NCBI GenBank assembly: GCA_964389675.1
Contig: CAYMEV010000013.1
Coordinates: 1-64,000, forward strand
From: an uncultured Candidatus Sumerlaeota bacterium
GTDB taxonomy: Bacteria > CAYMEV01
Length of the DNA: 64,000 bases
Direction: 5' to 3'
Positions within the stretch are counted from its first letter, which is position 1. Each line of letters opens with the position of its first letter. Both the position numbers and the translations under genes were made by a program. A model generated the notes under the pieces. It saw only the letters and a list, made by a program, of their open reading frames with translations, was not told the origin of the DNA and ran no database searches. Below are positions 1 through 11,000 of the stretch, in pieces.

Positions 1-1
1 C

Positions 2-916
2 AGTATAACAACAGACTCCGCTGTACTGAACGGCATAGGCAATCCGCAGGGCTGTTCTGCAAATGTATATTTTCAGTGGGGCACGACCAGCTACAGCAAT
101 ACAACGTCAGTTGAGTCCATAGGCTCAGGGACATCCAATGTAGCATTTAATGCCTCAATAACAGGCCTTTTGCCAAATACCACATATAATTACAGAACAG
201 TCATAGTATCTGACGGAGGTACTGTTTACGGCTCAAATGTAAGTTTTACCACACAATCATCAGGAGGCAATTTCACCAGGGATGTCCTTATAGTTAATGG
301 TGATAAGAACGCGGACTATACAAGCCATTTCATATCAGCAGTACAGTCAGCCGGCTATGACCCTGACACATGGGTATATCAGACTTCAGGCGCGCCTTCA
401 GCTGATGATCTGTTAGAATACAGGGTAGTTGTATGGACCACAGGTAATGATTACGGTTCCACTACATTCACGGATGATGAGGAAAATGCCCTGTCTGCAT
501 ACCTTGATGAGGGCGGGGCCCTTTATTTCTCAAGCCATGACTATCTATATGCAGAGTATGGTTCCGGCAGCTCAGGGCCTTCAGTATCAGGCCAGTTTGC
601 CAGGGATTACCTGCTTATTGATACATGGGACCATGATGAGAATTATACTTCCGTTACAGGTGTATCAGGAGATATTATCGGAGACGGCCTGAGCATAGCA
701 ATAAGCTCAGGGGCATTTACCAATTATGCTGATTATATAAACCCTGCAAGCCAGGCAGCAGCATTCCTGAAGGCAGGTACGTCGAATGCAGCCATAAGGG
801 ATAACGGCAGTCTCGGTTTCAGGGTCGTTACCACCGGTTTTGCCTTTGAGAACATAACCACCACGACAAATAAGAATCTATTGATGCAGAGGATACTTGA
901 TTATCTGATGCCGTAG
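2..916 (+). CDS. 3' part of a large secreted modular protein: FN3-like domain followed by a class I glutamine amidotransferase-like alpha/beta domain; 5'-truncated by the window edge
   Basis: The frame is open from nt 2 (SITTDSAVLNGIGNPQG...YFQWGTTSY...ITGLLPNTTYNYR, FN3-like), so the start at 170 is not the true start. C-terminal VLIVNGD...RVVVWTTG...ALSAYLDEGGALYFS pattern. Confidence 0.6.
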   Translation, partial: SITTDSAVLNGIGNPQGCSANVYFQWGTTSYSNTTSVESIGSGTSNVAFNASITGLLPNTTYNYRTVIVSDGGTVYGSNVSFTTQSSGGNFTRDVLIVNGDKNADYTSHFISAVQSAGYDPDTWVYQTSGAPSADDLLEYRVVVWTTGNDYGSTTFTDDEENALSAYLDEGGALYFSSHDYLYAEYGSGSSGPSVSGQFARDYLLIDTWDHDENYTSVTGVSGDIIGDGLSIAISSGAFTNYADYINPASQAAAFLKAGTSNAAIRDNGSLGFRVVTTGFAFENITTTTNKNLLMQRILDYLMP

Positions 917-929
917 ATGAAATAACCCC

Positions 930-964
930 AAAAGAGGAGCCCTCATAATGAGGGCTCCTCTTTT
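930..964. terminator. Rho-independent terminator, probably bidirectional
   Basis: AAAAGAGGAGCCCTCA-TAA-TGAGGGCTCCTCTTTT perfect 16-bp inverted repeat just after the stop at 916. Confidence 0.9.
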
Positions 965-1099
965 ATCTCTATACATTCCCATTAATTCTAAATTATGATG
1001 AAGATATTTCTCGCCTGTTTTTCAGGTATTATCTTTTGTACCGATATTTACAATATATTTGAATATATTAATTAAGAAAAATTCTATATATAATAAAAA

Positions 1100-1127
1100 T
1101 TGACATTTTAATATAAAATTATAAACT
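1100..1127 (+). promoter_or_regulatory. Putative sigma70 promoter
   Basis: TTGACA (1100-1105), 16-nt spacer, TAAACT (1122-1127) in an AT-rich intergenic region. Confidence 0.5.
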
Positions 1128-1228
1128 TTTCATATGCATATGATATCAATGGAATCTTCATGGTTAGCATTATATTCAGCATGGAAAACCAATATTTTCA
1201 TAAAAAAAAACAAAAAGGAGGTATTATC

Positions 1229-3355
1229 TTGAAAAAGATTTTTTCATTTTTAGCAATCATGGTGATTGCGGGGTTCATTACAGTTTCAGCACAGGAGGCA
1301 CTGCCATTTTCGGAGAGCTTTGACGGAAGCGGTATGCCTGTTGGCTGGTCGACTGAGACTGGTGCTGCCGATCCAGTATGGGAGATCAGCCTGACAAGTA
1401 ATGCCGGCGGAACTGCAAATGAGCTGATGGGAAGGTGGAGAAGCTATGACGGTACATCAAGGTGCTATACACCCGCACTTGATACGACCGGTATAAGTAT
1501 GGTAGTCCTTAATTTCCGCCAGTATTATGATGATTACGGTGCTGGTGTTACGATCAAGGTCCAGTACAGCACAGACGGGACGACATGGATTGACAGCGGA
1601 TGGGAGATACTTGGAGGAAGCGGAGATACAGGCCCGTCAGAAGAAGAGGTCTATATTCCCAGTACAGCAGATACGCTCTATATTGCATGGGTAGTTGACG
1701 GTAATCATTTCCAGATCAACTACTGGTATATTGATGATGTTGTCGTAACAGAATTTGACGGTATCCTGTTCCCATGGACAGAGACATTTGAAGATGATTC
1801 AGCAACAAGGGATGACTGGACGCAGATATACGAAGTCGGTACTGGCGACTGGACATGGGCATTAGGTTCAAGCGGGGGCCTTATAACTACAGCTCACAAT
1901 GGCGTGCTGAATGCAAGGTATGTAAGTGCATCCGGTACCAATGACCCAGTAACAAAGCTTGTTACACCGGTGCTTGATATTTCAGGCATGACCAACCCGA
2001 CACTGGAATTCTGGTACGGCCAGGATGACTGGGCAGGGGACCAGAACACTCTTGAGGTTTATTACAGGGTTTCAGAGGCAGACCCATGGGTATCGATCTG
2101 GTTCTCAGATGCAAATGTTGATGTATGGACAGAGGTGATACTTGAGCTTCCTGACCAGTCAGCAGACTACCAGATAGCATTCGAGGCTGCAAACAACTGG
2201 GGTTATGCAAATGTACTGGATGATGTTTCAGTCTATGATGTTGAATGCTATCTTCAGGACGGCCTTGACAATCCTGACCTTGAATGGACGACAAGCACCT
2301 GGCCTGAAGGCCTGAATGAATGGTACTGCCAGACAGAGCATTATTACTACGGCGGTTCCGCTGCACAGAGCGGAGCAATACTGGATAATCAGTCAACGTC
2401 AATCCATACCAGCGTAACAGGCCCTGGATACTTAGGCTGGTGGTGGATGGTAGACTCACCCTATGGCTATCTGGAATTATACTTAAACGGAATTTTCCAG
2501 ACCTTTATAAGCGGGACTACCAGCTGGAATGATTATGGATTATTGCTGCCTGCTGGCGAACATGCTATTACATGGACATTTTCTAAGATTATAAATAAGG
2601 GTGATGGTTCAAAACAGACCGATGACAGCGCCCTTCTTGATTATTTCATCTGGATTCCTATGAGTGATGGCCCTGATGCATCAATAAATGAGTCTGACAT
2701 AAGTTATTCCCCGTCTGCACCAATGCCGGGCGATACAGTGACAATTAGTGCAATTGTACGCAATTTGGAATTCCCTGTAGAAGAACCTGCAAAGGATGTT
2801 ATGTCAGGAAATGCAAGCTTCTACTACAGCCTTGAACCTGGCGTGGACCTTCAGCTGATCGAGACAGTAGCTTTCGGCCAGATCCTTCCGCAGGAATTTG
2901 TTGAGGTTTCTGTAGACTGGGTAACAGATCCAGGTATGGACCCGAGGACATATGTCATTACCGTTGTGCTTACCGATATTCTGCCTGAGGATGTTGACCC
3001 GAGCAATAATGAAGCTTCAATTGACCTTGCACTGCCCGTCATACTCGGATACTTCACAGCCAATGGCATGGGAAACAGGGTTAATGTACAATGGCAGACA
3101 TTGTCTGAAGTAAATAACCTTGGCTTCAATCTCTACAGGATGAAAGGGGATAAGGTAAGCCCGTTTATATCATTTACACCTGTAAAGCTGAATGATACAC
3201 TGATACAGGGGCAGGGCAACTCATCAAGCCCCAGTTTCTACAGCTTTATTGACAGTGTAAAGAATGGCGGCAACTATATCTATATCCTTGAATCAGTATC
3301 AACGATAGATATGGAAACTGAAGAGTACAGAACCAAGCTTGAGTGGCTGTTCTAA
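1229..3355 (+). CDS. Secreted multidomain adhesin-like protein: two MAM/cleaved-adhesin-like beta-sandwich domains, a third beta domain, a CARDB-like Ig domain and a C-terminal 'LPV.L..F.A' Ig-like domain
   Basis: AAGGAGG RBS precedes TTG at 1229, a better start than 1160. Signal peptide ends VSA/Q. Domains end in WYIDDV and ANVLDDV. CARDB-like GDTVTISAIVRN...SNNEAS. Confidence 0.7.
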   Translation: MKKIFSFLAIMVIAGFITVSAQEALPFSESFDGSGMPVGWSTETGAADPVWEISLTSNAGGTANELMGRWRSYDGTSRCYTPALDTTGISMVVLNFRQYYDDYGAGVTIKVQYSTDGTTWIDSGWEILGGSGDTGPSEEEVYIPSTADTLYIAWVVDGNHFQINYWYIDDVVVTEFDGILFPWTETFEDDSATRDDWTQIYEVGTGDWTWALGSSGGLITTAHNGVLNARYVSASGTNDPVTKLVTPVLDISGMTNPTLEFWYGQDDWAGDQNTLEVYYRVSEADPWVSIWFSDANVDVWTEVILELPDQSADYQIAFEAANNWGYANVLDDVSVYDVECYLQDGLDNPDLEWTTSTWPEGLNEWYCQTEHYYYGGSAAQSGAILDNQSTSIHTSVTGPGYLGWWWMVDSPYGYLELYLNGIFQTFISGTTSWNDYGLLLPAGEHAITWTFSKIINKGDGSKQTDDSALLDYFIWIPMSDGPDASINESDISYSPSAPMPGDTVTISAIVRNLEFPVEEPAKDVMSGNASFYYSLEPGVDLQLIETVAFGQILPQEFVEVSVDWVTDPGMDPRTYVITVVLTDILPEDVDPSNNEASIDLALPVILGYFTANGMGNRVNVQWQTLSEVNNLGFNLYRMKGDKVSPFISFTPVKLNDTLIQGQGNSSSPSFYSFIDSVKNGGNYIYILESVSTIDMETEEYRTKLEWLF

Positions 3356-3370
3356 AGCATAGTTATAAAG

Positions 3371-3415
3371 AAAACAGTAAAGGGGCCGGCATGATACGGC
3401 CCCTTTACTGTTTTT
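3371..3415. terminator. Rho-independent terminator
   Basis: AAAACAGTAAAGGGGCCG / CGGCCCCTTTACTGTTTT 18-bp inverted repeat. Confidence 0.9.
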
Positions 3416-3502
3416 AAAGCCTCATATGACCTCCTCTGGATTTTGTTAAAACATCAGGATCATAGCCTTAAAAATATTAATAGTTTTATCTTAGAAAATG
3501 CC

Positions 3503-3531
3503 TTGACCTGTTTTCTCTAATGGTGTATCAT
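3503..3531 (+). promoter_or_regulatory. Putative sigma70 promoter
   Basis: TTGACC, 17-nt spacer, TATCAT. Confidence 0.55.
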
Positions 3532-3644
3532 GGATAATTATGATGCCATTAGTCTACATTATTATTGCATTTATTAATAATTATGCATCATTACCTGATC
3601 CAGAAAATAATTTTCTATTATAACCAAATAAGGAGGTATTTATT

Positions 3645-6600
3645 TTGAAGAGGTTTTTATCCTTTTTTGTAATCATGCTGATGGCAGGCTTAATCTCTGC
3701 TTATGCACAGGAAACACTGCCTTTTTCTCAAAGCTTTGACGATGCCGGATGGCCTTTGGGATGGGGAGTTGTAGATCCTCAGGGGGCTATATGGTCCGTT
3801 AATGCTTCAAATAGTGCCGGAGGAACAGCTAATGAGATGAGAGCAAGGTGGCAGAGCGGAACATGGACAACCCGCGTAGAGACACCTGTTATTACTGTAA
3901 CAGGAGTGTCAGAGCTTAATGTCAGTTTCAAGCATTACTGGGACGACTACGGTGCAGGGGTTACTGGCAAAGTTCAATACAGCACAGATGGAAGTATCTG
4001 GACAGACACAGGCTGGGAAATTGTCTCAGGCAGCGGTAGTGTAGGGCCGGAGACAGCAAATATCGTAATTAATGTTCCCACCAAGGCTGATAATATTTAT
4101 ATTGCATGGGTAACCGACGGAGATCATTACCAGTTTAACTACTGGTACATAGATGATGTGCTTATACAGGAAGTTGCTGCCTATGCAGTCCAGCTTACCC
4201 AGATCACCCCGGACGGCCAGGGCGAACCGGGAAGCACACTCTATTATCAGCTTCAGGTTGAAAATACAGGAGGAAGTGATGACAGCTATACATTTGCCCT
4301 TTCAAAGGCATGGGCTGTCGGCGTATATGCAGATACATCAGATACACCTCTTCCGGATCCGTTTACAGTTCTGGCAGGAAACACTGCAGATGTCTATCTG
4401 AAGGTTAATATACCATCAGGGGCTGCTTCCGGAGATTATTCGGATGATATTGTCCAGGTATCGGGTACCGGGGTCTCGGACTCCGTTACCGTCAGGACAA
4501 CCGCACAGGGGCCTGTTACCACATTTCCGTGGACAGAGACCTTTGAAGACGCTTCAGCAACAAGGGATGCATGGACGCAGATATATGAAGATGGAACAGG
4601 TGACTGGACATGGCAGACAGGAAGCAACGGAGTGATCACAACTGCCCACAACGGCACTCTTAATGCACGCTTTGTAAGCATGTCAGGTACCAACAGCCCG
4701 ATCACAAAGCTTGTATCGCCTGTACTTGACCTCTCAGCATATAGTGCCGTTCAGCTTGAATTCTATTACGGACAGCCTGAATGGTACGGCGACCAGAACA
4801 CGATGGAGGTCTATTACAGGACATCAGAGGCCGGAAGCTGGACATCTATCTGGTCATCAACTGTCAGCGTAACTGACTGGACTCTGGTACAGCTCTCGCT
4901 TCCAAACCCAACCGCTACATATCAGATAGCATTCGAGGGTGTGAACAACTACGGTTATGCAAATGTAGTAGATGATGTACTGGTTCAGGAGGCTCCTGAA
5001 TACGGTGTTGACCTGACACAGATAACACCTGACAGCCAGGGCGAACCTGGTGATACTATCTATTATCAGCTTCAGGTTGAAAATACCGGAGGTGTTGATG
5101 ACAGCTATACATTTGCACTATCAAAGGCATGGGCAGAAGGGGTTTATGCAGATACATCAGATACACCTCTTCCGGATCCGTTTACAGTTACAGCAGGAAA
5201 TACTGCTGATGTATATCTGAAGGTCAATATCCCGTTATCAGCGGTCAGCTTTGAGACTTCTGCAGATATAGTCCAGGTTAACGGGACCGGCGTATCAGAC
5301 AGTGTTACTGTTACAACCATGGCAATTGCACCAGCCAGCCTTCCATACACACAGAGTTTTGATACAGCAGACTGGCCGGCAGGATGGACAGTTACAGACC
5401 CGCACGGTGCAATCTGGTCAATAAACGATTCTGCCTCCGCTGGAGGAGCTGCGTATGAAATGAGGGCAAGGTACCAGTCCGGCACCTATACAACGATGGT
5501 ATCCACACCGATGTTTGATACAGCAGGGGTTACAGCAGTCAACCTTAGTTTCAAGCATTTCTGGGATGACTATGGTGCAGGTATCACCGGTAAAGTCCAG
5601 TACAGCACAGATGGAAGCATCTGGACTGATACAGGCTGGGAAATTATCTCAGGCAGCGGCGATGTTGGGCCTGAAACTGCAAATATCGTAATTACCGTTC
5701 CCGTCAAGGCTGATAATCTCTATATTGCATGGGTAACCGACGGAGATCACTATCAGTATGACTACTGGTACATAGATGATGTAACGGTTGCTGAAGCCCT
5801 TGAATACGATGTTTCTTTGGCAAAAGTAACTCAGGATTCAATGGATGAACCCGGAGTAACACTGTATTATCAGATGCTGGTAAGCAATAACGGGACAAGT
5901 GCAGACAGCTATACATTCAATCTTTCAAAGGCATGGGCTGTCGGAGTCTATGCAGATACATCAGACACAGCACTTCCTGACCCGTTTACCATTGCAGGAG
6001 GAGGGACAGCGGATGTTTACCTGAAGGTTAGCATACCCTCGGGAGCAGCATTAGGAGACCAGGGTGTTGAAAATGTAGAGATCGTAGGAAACGGGGTTTC
6101 TGACAGCGTTGTCATCACCACCACGGCAATTGACCTTCTCTTTGAGGAGCATTTTAATACAGAAATACCTGCAACATGGACAATCTATGAGATGGGCGAT
6201 ACTACAGATCCTACTGTGCTCTGGCACTGGGTAGATGATACAGCAGGAGGAGGGTATGTCCGTCATACATGGACTGCGGTTGGAGTATGGGCTGACAACT
6301 GGCTTGTATCACCTCAGGTACCCATAACAGCAAAGGCTGATGGATCTGTATGGCTCGGTTTCCTCGAAATGGGCCCGAACCCTGTAGAGGATGGCTTCTA
6401 TGAATACCATGGCGTGTGGATATCCGAAGGCAGTGGAGATCCGAATGACGGAGAGTTCATAGAGCTTTCAGAGATACTGCCGCTGGGCCAGGATGCCGGA
6501 TGGCAGTGGTACAGCATTGACCTGGCTGCTTATGTGGGTAAGAGCATCTATTTTGCATTTGTCTATACTGGTGAGGATATGGATGCATGGCTGATAGATA

Positions 6601-7940
6601 TGGCAACGATATACAATGACGGCTATGTCCCGCCTGTAACATATTCAGTAAGCCTGTATGCAAATCCTTCTGATATTGGTGTTGTGCTCACAGGAGCAGG
6701 GGATTATGAGGCAGCAGAAACAGTAAATATTGCAGCAGATCTTCCTTCAAAGGGATATGAATTCCTTGAATGGACAGGCCTGCCAGAAGATATAGCCCTT
6801 CTCGATGATCCGTATTCATCATCAGCATCCTTTACCATGCCGGAGAGGAATGTAGAATTTACAGCAAATTATGAGGAAGTGGGGGATTATATACCCGCAT
6901 ATATAAGCATAGAAAATGAAATGATAATGGGCCTCTGGAAATGGCAGTACACAGTAAGCAAGGGTTCAGTATGGCAAAGGCTGGTTGAAGAGACTATTGC
7001 AACAAAGATGCTGACAGGTGATATTTCCGGGGATGGACTGCTGGATATAGTAGCATTGTTCCCTGACAGTTCACTCTGGTATTATGATGTCAATGCAAAC
7101 AGCTGGGGACTGCTCCTGGCAGCTGAAACCGGTGTAATTGATTTCACCCTTGCATCAACAGGAACGGGAAATCCTGACCTTCTTGTACTGTCCAATGCAA
7201 ATGACGGATACAAGATATCAAAGGGTATTAATTACCTTGAAGTAGGTGTAGGCTACCAGCTGATCTCCACTGTTACGGCTGATGTAATGTCCGCCGGCGA
7301 CCTAACAAATGATCATGTAGATGAGCTTATCATTGCTTTTACCGGTGTCGAGGGTATGTACCTGTATGATTTTGCTGCAGAGACCACCACAAAGATCGCC
7401 CTTTCAAGCCCTTCACAGGTAATCAGGGCGGATGTGACAGGTGACGGATACAGGGAAGCGGTAGCAGTTATAGATGGCCTTGGAGTCTATCTGATAAGAT
7501 ATATACCTGATAAGAACCTGGTAATTCAGATGGCAGGCAAGGATCCTTTTGACCTTGTCAGGGATATTCCTGAAAACTCTGTATGGGTATCAAAGAACAA
7601 GGGAGGAAAGGGCCTGCAGTTCAACAGGATCACCTGGGGTACTCCTGATACAGGTACCCTTATCTCATACGGGGATATCGTATCAGGTGTCGGTGAAGAG
7701 GTATTCATTGTGCATCAGAACAGGACATACTATTACAACTATGATTCATCATCATGGTCAACACTTCTCTATGCATCGCTTAAGAGGATAATCTCAGGAA
7801 AATTTACGGGAAGGACAAAAGACGACCTGGTAGTATGCGATACATATTCATATGATATATATCTCTATCATACATACACCGATTCCTGGGAAAGGACCTT
7901 GATCGGCGGCAACACTAATGCTATGACAACTCTTGAATAA
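3645..7940 (+). CDS. Large secreted modular surface protein: repeated adhesin-like and Ig-like domains, a cleaved-adhesin (choice-of-anchor J)-like domain, an InlB B-repeat-like domain and a C-terminal FG-GAP/VCBS-like propeller
   Basis: AAGGAGG + TTG start; signal peptide AYA/Q; internal repeats; ADNWLVSP motif; GAGDY...GYEFLEWTG...FTMP motif; GDISGDGLLDI, GDLTNDHVDEL and ADVTGDGYREA motifs. Confidence 0.75.
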   Translation: MKRFLSFFVIMLMAGLISAYAQETLPFSQSFDDAGWPLGWGVVDPQGAIWSVNASNSAGGTANEMRARWQSGTWTTRVETPVITVTGVSELNVSFKHYWDDYGAGVTGKVQYSTDGSIWTDTGWEIVSGSGSVGPETANIVINVPTKADNIYIAWVTDGDHYQFNYWYIDDVLIQEVAAYAVQLTQITPDGQGEPGSTLYYQLQVENTGGSDDSYTFALSKAWAVGVYADTSDTPLPDPFTVLAGNTADVYLKVNIPSGAASGDYSDDIVQVSGTGVSDSVTVRTTAQGPVTTFPWTETFEDASATRDAWTQIYEDGTGDWTWQTGSNGVITTAHNGTLNARFVSMSGTNSPITKLVSPVLDLSAYSAVQLEFYYGQPEWYGDQNTMEVYYRTSEAGSWTSIWSSTVSVTDWTLVQLSLPNPTATYQIAFEGVNNYGYANVVDDVLVQEAPEYGVDLTQITPDSQGEPGDTIYYQLQVENTGGVDDSYTFALSKAWAEGVYADTSDTPLPDPFTVTAGNTADVYLKVNIPLSAVSFETSADIVQVNGTGVSDSVTVTTMAIAPASLPYTQSFDTADWPAGWTVTDPHGAIWSINDSASAGGAAYEMRARYQSGTYTTMVSTPMFDTAGVTAVNLSFKHFWDDYGAGITGKVQYSTDGSIWTDTGWEIISGSGDVGPETANIVITVPVKADNLYIAWVTDGDHYQYDYWYIDDVTVAEALEYDVSLAKVTQDSMDEPGVTLYYQMLVSNNGTSADSYTFNLSKAWAVGVYADTSDTALPDPFTIAGGGTADVYLKVSIPSGAALGDQGVENVEIVGNGVSDSVVITTTAIDLLFEEHFNTEIPATWTIYEMGDTTDPTVLWHWVDDTAGGGYVRHTWTAVGVWADNWLVSPQVPITAKADGSVWLGFLEMGPNPVEDGFYEYHGVWISEGSGDPNDGEFIELSEILPLGQDAGWQWYSIDLAAYVGKSIYFAFVYTGEDMDAWLIDMATIYNDGYVPPVTYSVSLYANPSDIGVVLTGAGDYEAAETVNIAADLPSKGYEFLEWTGLPEDIALLDDPYSSSASFTMPERNVEFTANYEEVGDYIPAYISIENEMIMGLWKWQYTVSKGSVWQRLVEETIATKMLTGDISGDGLLDIVALFPDSSLWYYDVNANSWGLLLAAETGVIDFTLASTGTGNPDLLVLSNANDGYKISKGINYLEVGVGYQLISTVTADVMSAGDLTNDHVDELIIAFTGVEGMYLYDFAAETTTKIALSSPSQVIRADVTGDGYREAVAVIDGLGVYLIRYIPDKNLVIQMAGKDPFDLVRDIPENSVWVSKNKGGKGLQFNRITWGTPDTGTLISYGDIVSGVGEEVFIVHQNRTYYYNYDSSSWSTLLYASLKRIISGKFTGRTKDDLVVCDTYSYDIYLYHTYTDSWERTLIGGNTNAMTTLE
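3924..4160 (+). repeat. Intragenic domain repeat A, copy 1 (copy 2 at about 5547-5783; more diverged copy in the upstream gene at about 1510-1745)
   Basis: Near-identical DNA at offset 1623, e.g. TATATTGCATGGGTAACCGACGGAGATCA in both copies. Confidence 0.9.
4241..4411 (+). repeat. Intragenic Ig-like domain repeat C, copy 1 (copy 2 at about 5060-5230; copy 3 at about 5864-6030)
   Basis: Near-identical DNA at offset 819, e.g. GCAGATACATCAGATACACCTCTTCCGGATCCGTTTACAGTT; LSKAWA.GVYADTSDT occurs three times. Confidence 0.9.
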
Positions 7941-7958
7941 GCAGTTATAATATTATAT

Positions 7959-7991
7959 AAGGGCAGTGCAATGCACTGCCCTTTTTTTTTT
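7959..7991 (+). terminator. Rho-independent terminator
   Basis: AAGGGCAGTGC-AAT-GCACTGCCCTT followed by a T tract. Confidence 0.92.
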
Positions 7992-8042
7992 ACATTAAGA
8001 TAAATTTCTAAACTTATTTTTTTGTTATGATATAAAGGTAGT

Positions 8043-11000
8043 ATGAGAAGCCCAATGATAATCCACAACCGCTATGCAGTGGCAGAGAAGATAGGTGAGG
8101 GCGGTATGGGCAATGTATACAGGGTCAGGGACACCCTCCAGAATAATATTGATTTTGCCTTAAAAGCAGTCAAGAGATCTGTGTTTTCAAAGGGAGATCC
8201 AGATGTACTGCTGAGATTTAAGAAAGAATTTGATATAATGACCAGGCTGAAACACCCCAATCTTGTAAGAGTACACGATTTTCTGACAGACATCGAGGAA
8301 AATTCATATATTGTCATGGAATATGTTCCCGGAATTACCCTTGGAAAACTTCTTAAGAGGGAAAATACCATTGCCAGAGGCCAGGCAGTTGAGATCATTG
8401 TGCATATGCTAAGAGCTCTCGGGTTTATACATTCAAGGAATATAATATACCGTGATATAAAGCCGGATAATATTATAATAAGCATAAGCGGAAAAACTGC
8501 AAAGCTGTCAGATTTTGGCATATCAGACATTGGCTGCGCTGAAAGTGAAAGGATAAAGGGGACACTGCTGTACATGGCTCCTGAAGTGCTTGAGGGTGAT
8601 ATTACACCCCAGATCGATATCTTTTCACTCGGGATTGTCCTTTTGCAGATGACAACCGGTAAGCCCTTCTATAAGGGTGAAAACTATAATATGAGCACAA
8701 TAGTTGATATACTCAAGGACAGCAGTCATTATGAAAGCATTAGGAACAGGGAGTTTGCTGAAGTTGCTGATAAGGGCCTGAGGCATATAATTGAAAAGAT
8801 GACAGCTTTTGACAGGCATGAAAGATACCAGTCATGTGCAGAAGCTATAATGGCCATCAATAAGCATTTGTCCATGGATTATGAAATAGAGACAAAAGCC
8901 ACAAAGGAAAGCTATGTGCTTGGTGCGCCCTTTATTAACAGGCGCAGTGAGTATAAGGAACTTATCAGGCCTCTTGAAGCAGATAGCGTATTTTGTATAA
9001 AAATGCTGCGCGGATCACAGGGTTCAGGGAAGAGCAGGCTGCTTTCCGAGCTGAAAAAGCACTGCCAGCTGAATAATGTACTCTTTGTTGATGCCTGCTG
9101 CCCTAAGCAAGGGGAAAGGCCATTCGGTGTGTTTCTGCCTCTGCTTAAAAGGATATTCCTGCATATTGACAGAAAAAGTATATTAAAGTATGCCCCGTAT
9201 TTAAAGAGGATTATGCCGAAGGAGAAGATCTTTGACCAAATAAGCCTCCCCGGCGTTCAGGATTTCGAAAAAGAGATGACGGCAGTCTGTGATTCAATAG
9301 TAAGGATCATATTTGATTTTGTAAGCTCCCTGCAAAAACAGGCTGTCATAGCAATCGATGATATATCCTATGCTGACAGCTGGAGCATTAAGGTCCTATG
9401 TGCACTTATCAGGGAAGTGAGGACAGATGAGATCAGCAATATACCTGTTAAGGCTTTTTACTTCACAATATCAGATGAGGCAGGAATGGAAGATATCAGC
9501 CCTGAATGCGATATAAATGCAGAAGAGATTGCTCTAAAACCATTTACAGAGAAGGATGTAACAGAGTATATTGAATGCATTTTTGGTGAGAATAACCTTG
9601 ATGAGAGCCTGATAAGCGAGATTGATAGTATAAGGGAGCAGGCAGGAGGAAATCCCTATTTTCTGGAAGAGTATATTAAGACCCTTGTGCAGTCTGATAT
9701 TATACAAAGGAAAAGCAGAATGTGGTCGATCCAGAAGATTGATAGAAAATTTCATGGTCTGGACCATCTAAAAGCCATAATTGAACAAAGGATAGAAAAT
9801 ACCGGGTTTAACAAAGAACAGAAGGAAGCTGTATCCATGATATCCCTTATTGGGAAAGAGCTTTCCCTGGAGAATATCAGCTCCCTTCTGAGCAATTTCA
9901 GTACAGAATTTATGAACAGTTTCGTAAGGGAGCTTGAAAGGCTTGAATTCCTTACAGTTTTAAGGAGTGCAGACGAAATTAAGTACAGGGTATCCAATAA
10001 TCTTATAAGGCAGGCCTTTCTGAAGGATACTAAAGACTTAAGAAGCAGGCATGCTTATCTTGCAGAAAGGTTCGAAAATGTATTTGATGACAGTCTTGAA
10101 GATTTTTATGAAGAGATCGCGTATCATTTTTCTGAAGCAGGCAATTCAGGAAAGGCTGTTTTTTACCTGGAACTTGCGGGTTATAAAGCTTCAAGGAACT
10201 ATCATTACTCTGATTCAGTCAAATACTATGATAAGGCAATCTCATTGGAGAATCCGTACACAAAGAATTATTATAACCTTATCCTTAAGAAGACAGAAAC
10301 TATGGCACAGAATAACCAGTGGAAAGAATCATTTGCCATCCTTAGGTCAGTAGAGGGTAAAATCACTGATACTGAACAGCTGGGGCAGATGTACTACAAC
10401 CTCAGCCTTGACTATTTTCTAACAGCTGACTATCCGAGGGCAGCTGATGCAGCAGATAAATCGCTGAAATACAGGGTCCTTGCTTTCGGCCCGCTGGATA
10501 AAAAGGTAATAGAATCAATAACGCAGACCGCCTCTGCATATTATTACAGGGGGGAGTATAACAGTGCCCTTGCTGAATTCAGGAGAGCCCTTGACCTTCA
10601 GATTAGAGTTTCAGGTGAGGCTGATGTTTCTGCAGCAGAACTGTATAATGATATAGGTGTTATCTTCTGGTGCAAAGGGGATTATGACAATGCCCTTGAA
10701 AATATAAAAAAATCCCTGGATCTTAAGATAAAACTGCTTGGAGTAACAAGTCCGGATGTTTCAGTAGGATATAATAATCTTGGATTGATCTATTCAAAAA
10801 TGAATAAATACGAGAAGGCACTTGTCTATTATGAAAAAAGCATGGAAATTGCTGTGAGCCTTTTTGGCAGAAAACACCTCAGTGTTTCAACAGAACTTCA
10901 TAATATCGGCATGATCTATGAAAAAATGGCAGATTATGACCAAGCAATAAAGCTTTACAAGGAATCCATATCGATCAGGAAGCGTTATTATCATGAAAAC

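Noticed and set aside
990-3592. AATTATGATG shared upstream of both surface-protein genes (about 991 and 3536)
   Set aside because: Short, AT-rich and at different positions relative to the promoters; not enough to call a shared operator.
3900-6130. Repeats as a CRISPR array or DGR template/variable pair
   Set aside because: The repeats are long, in-frame protein domains whose differences are not adenine-specific. No spacers, cas genes or reverse transcriptase are present.
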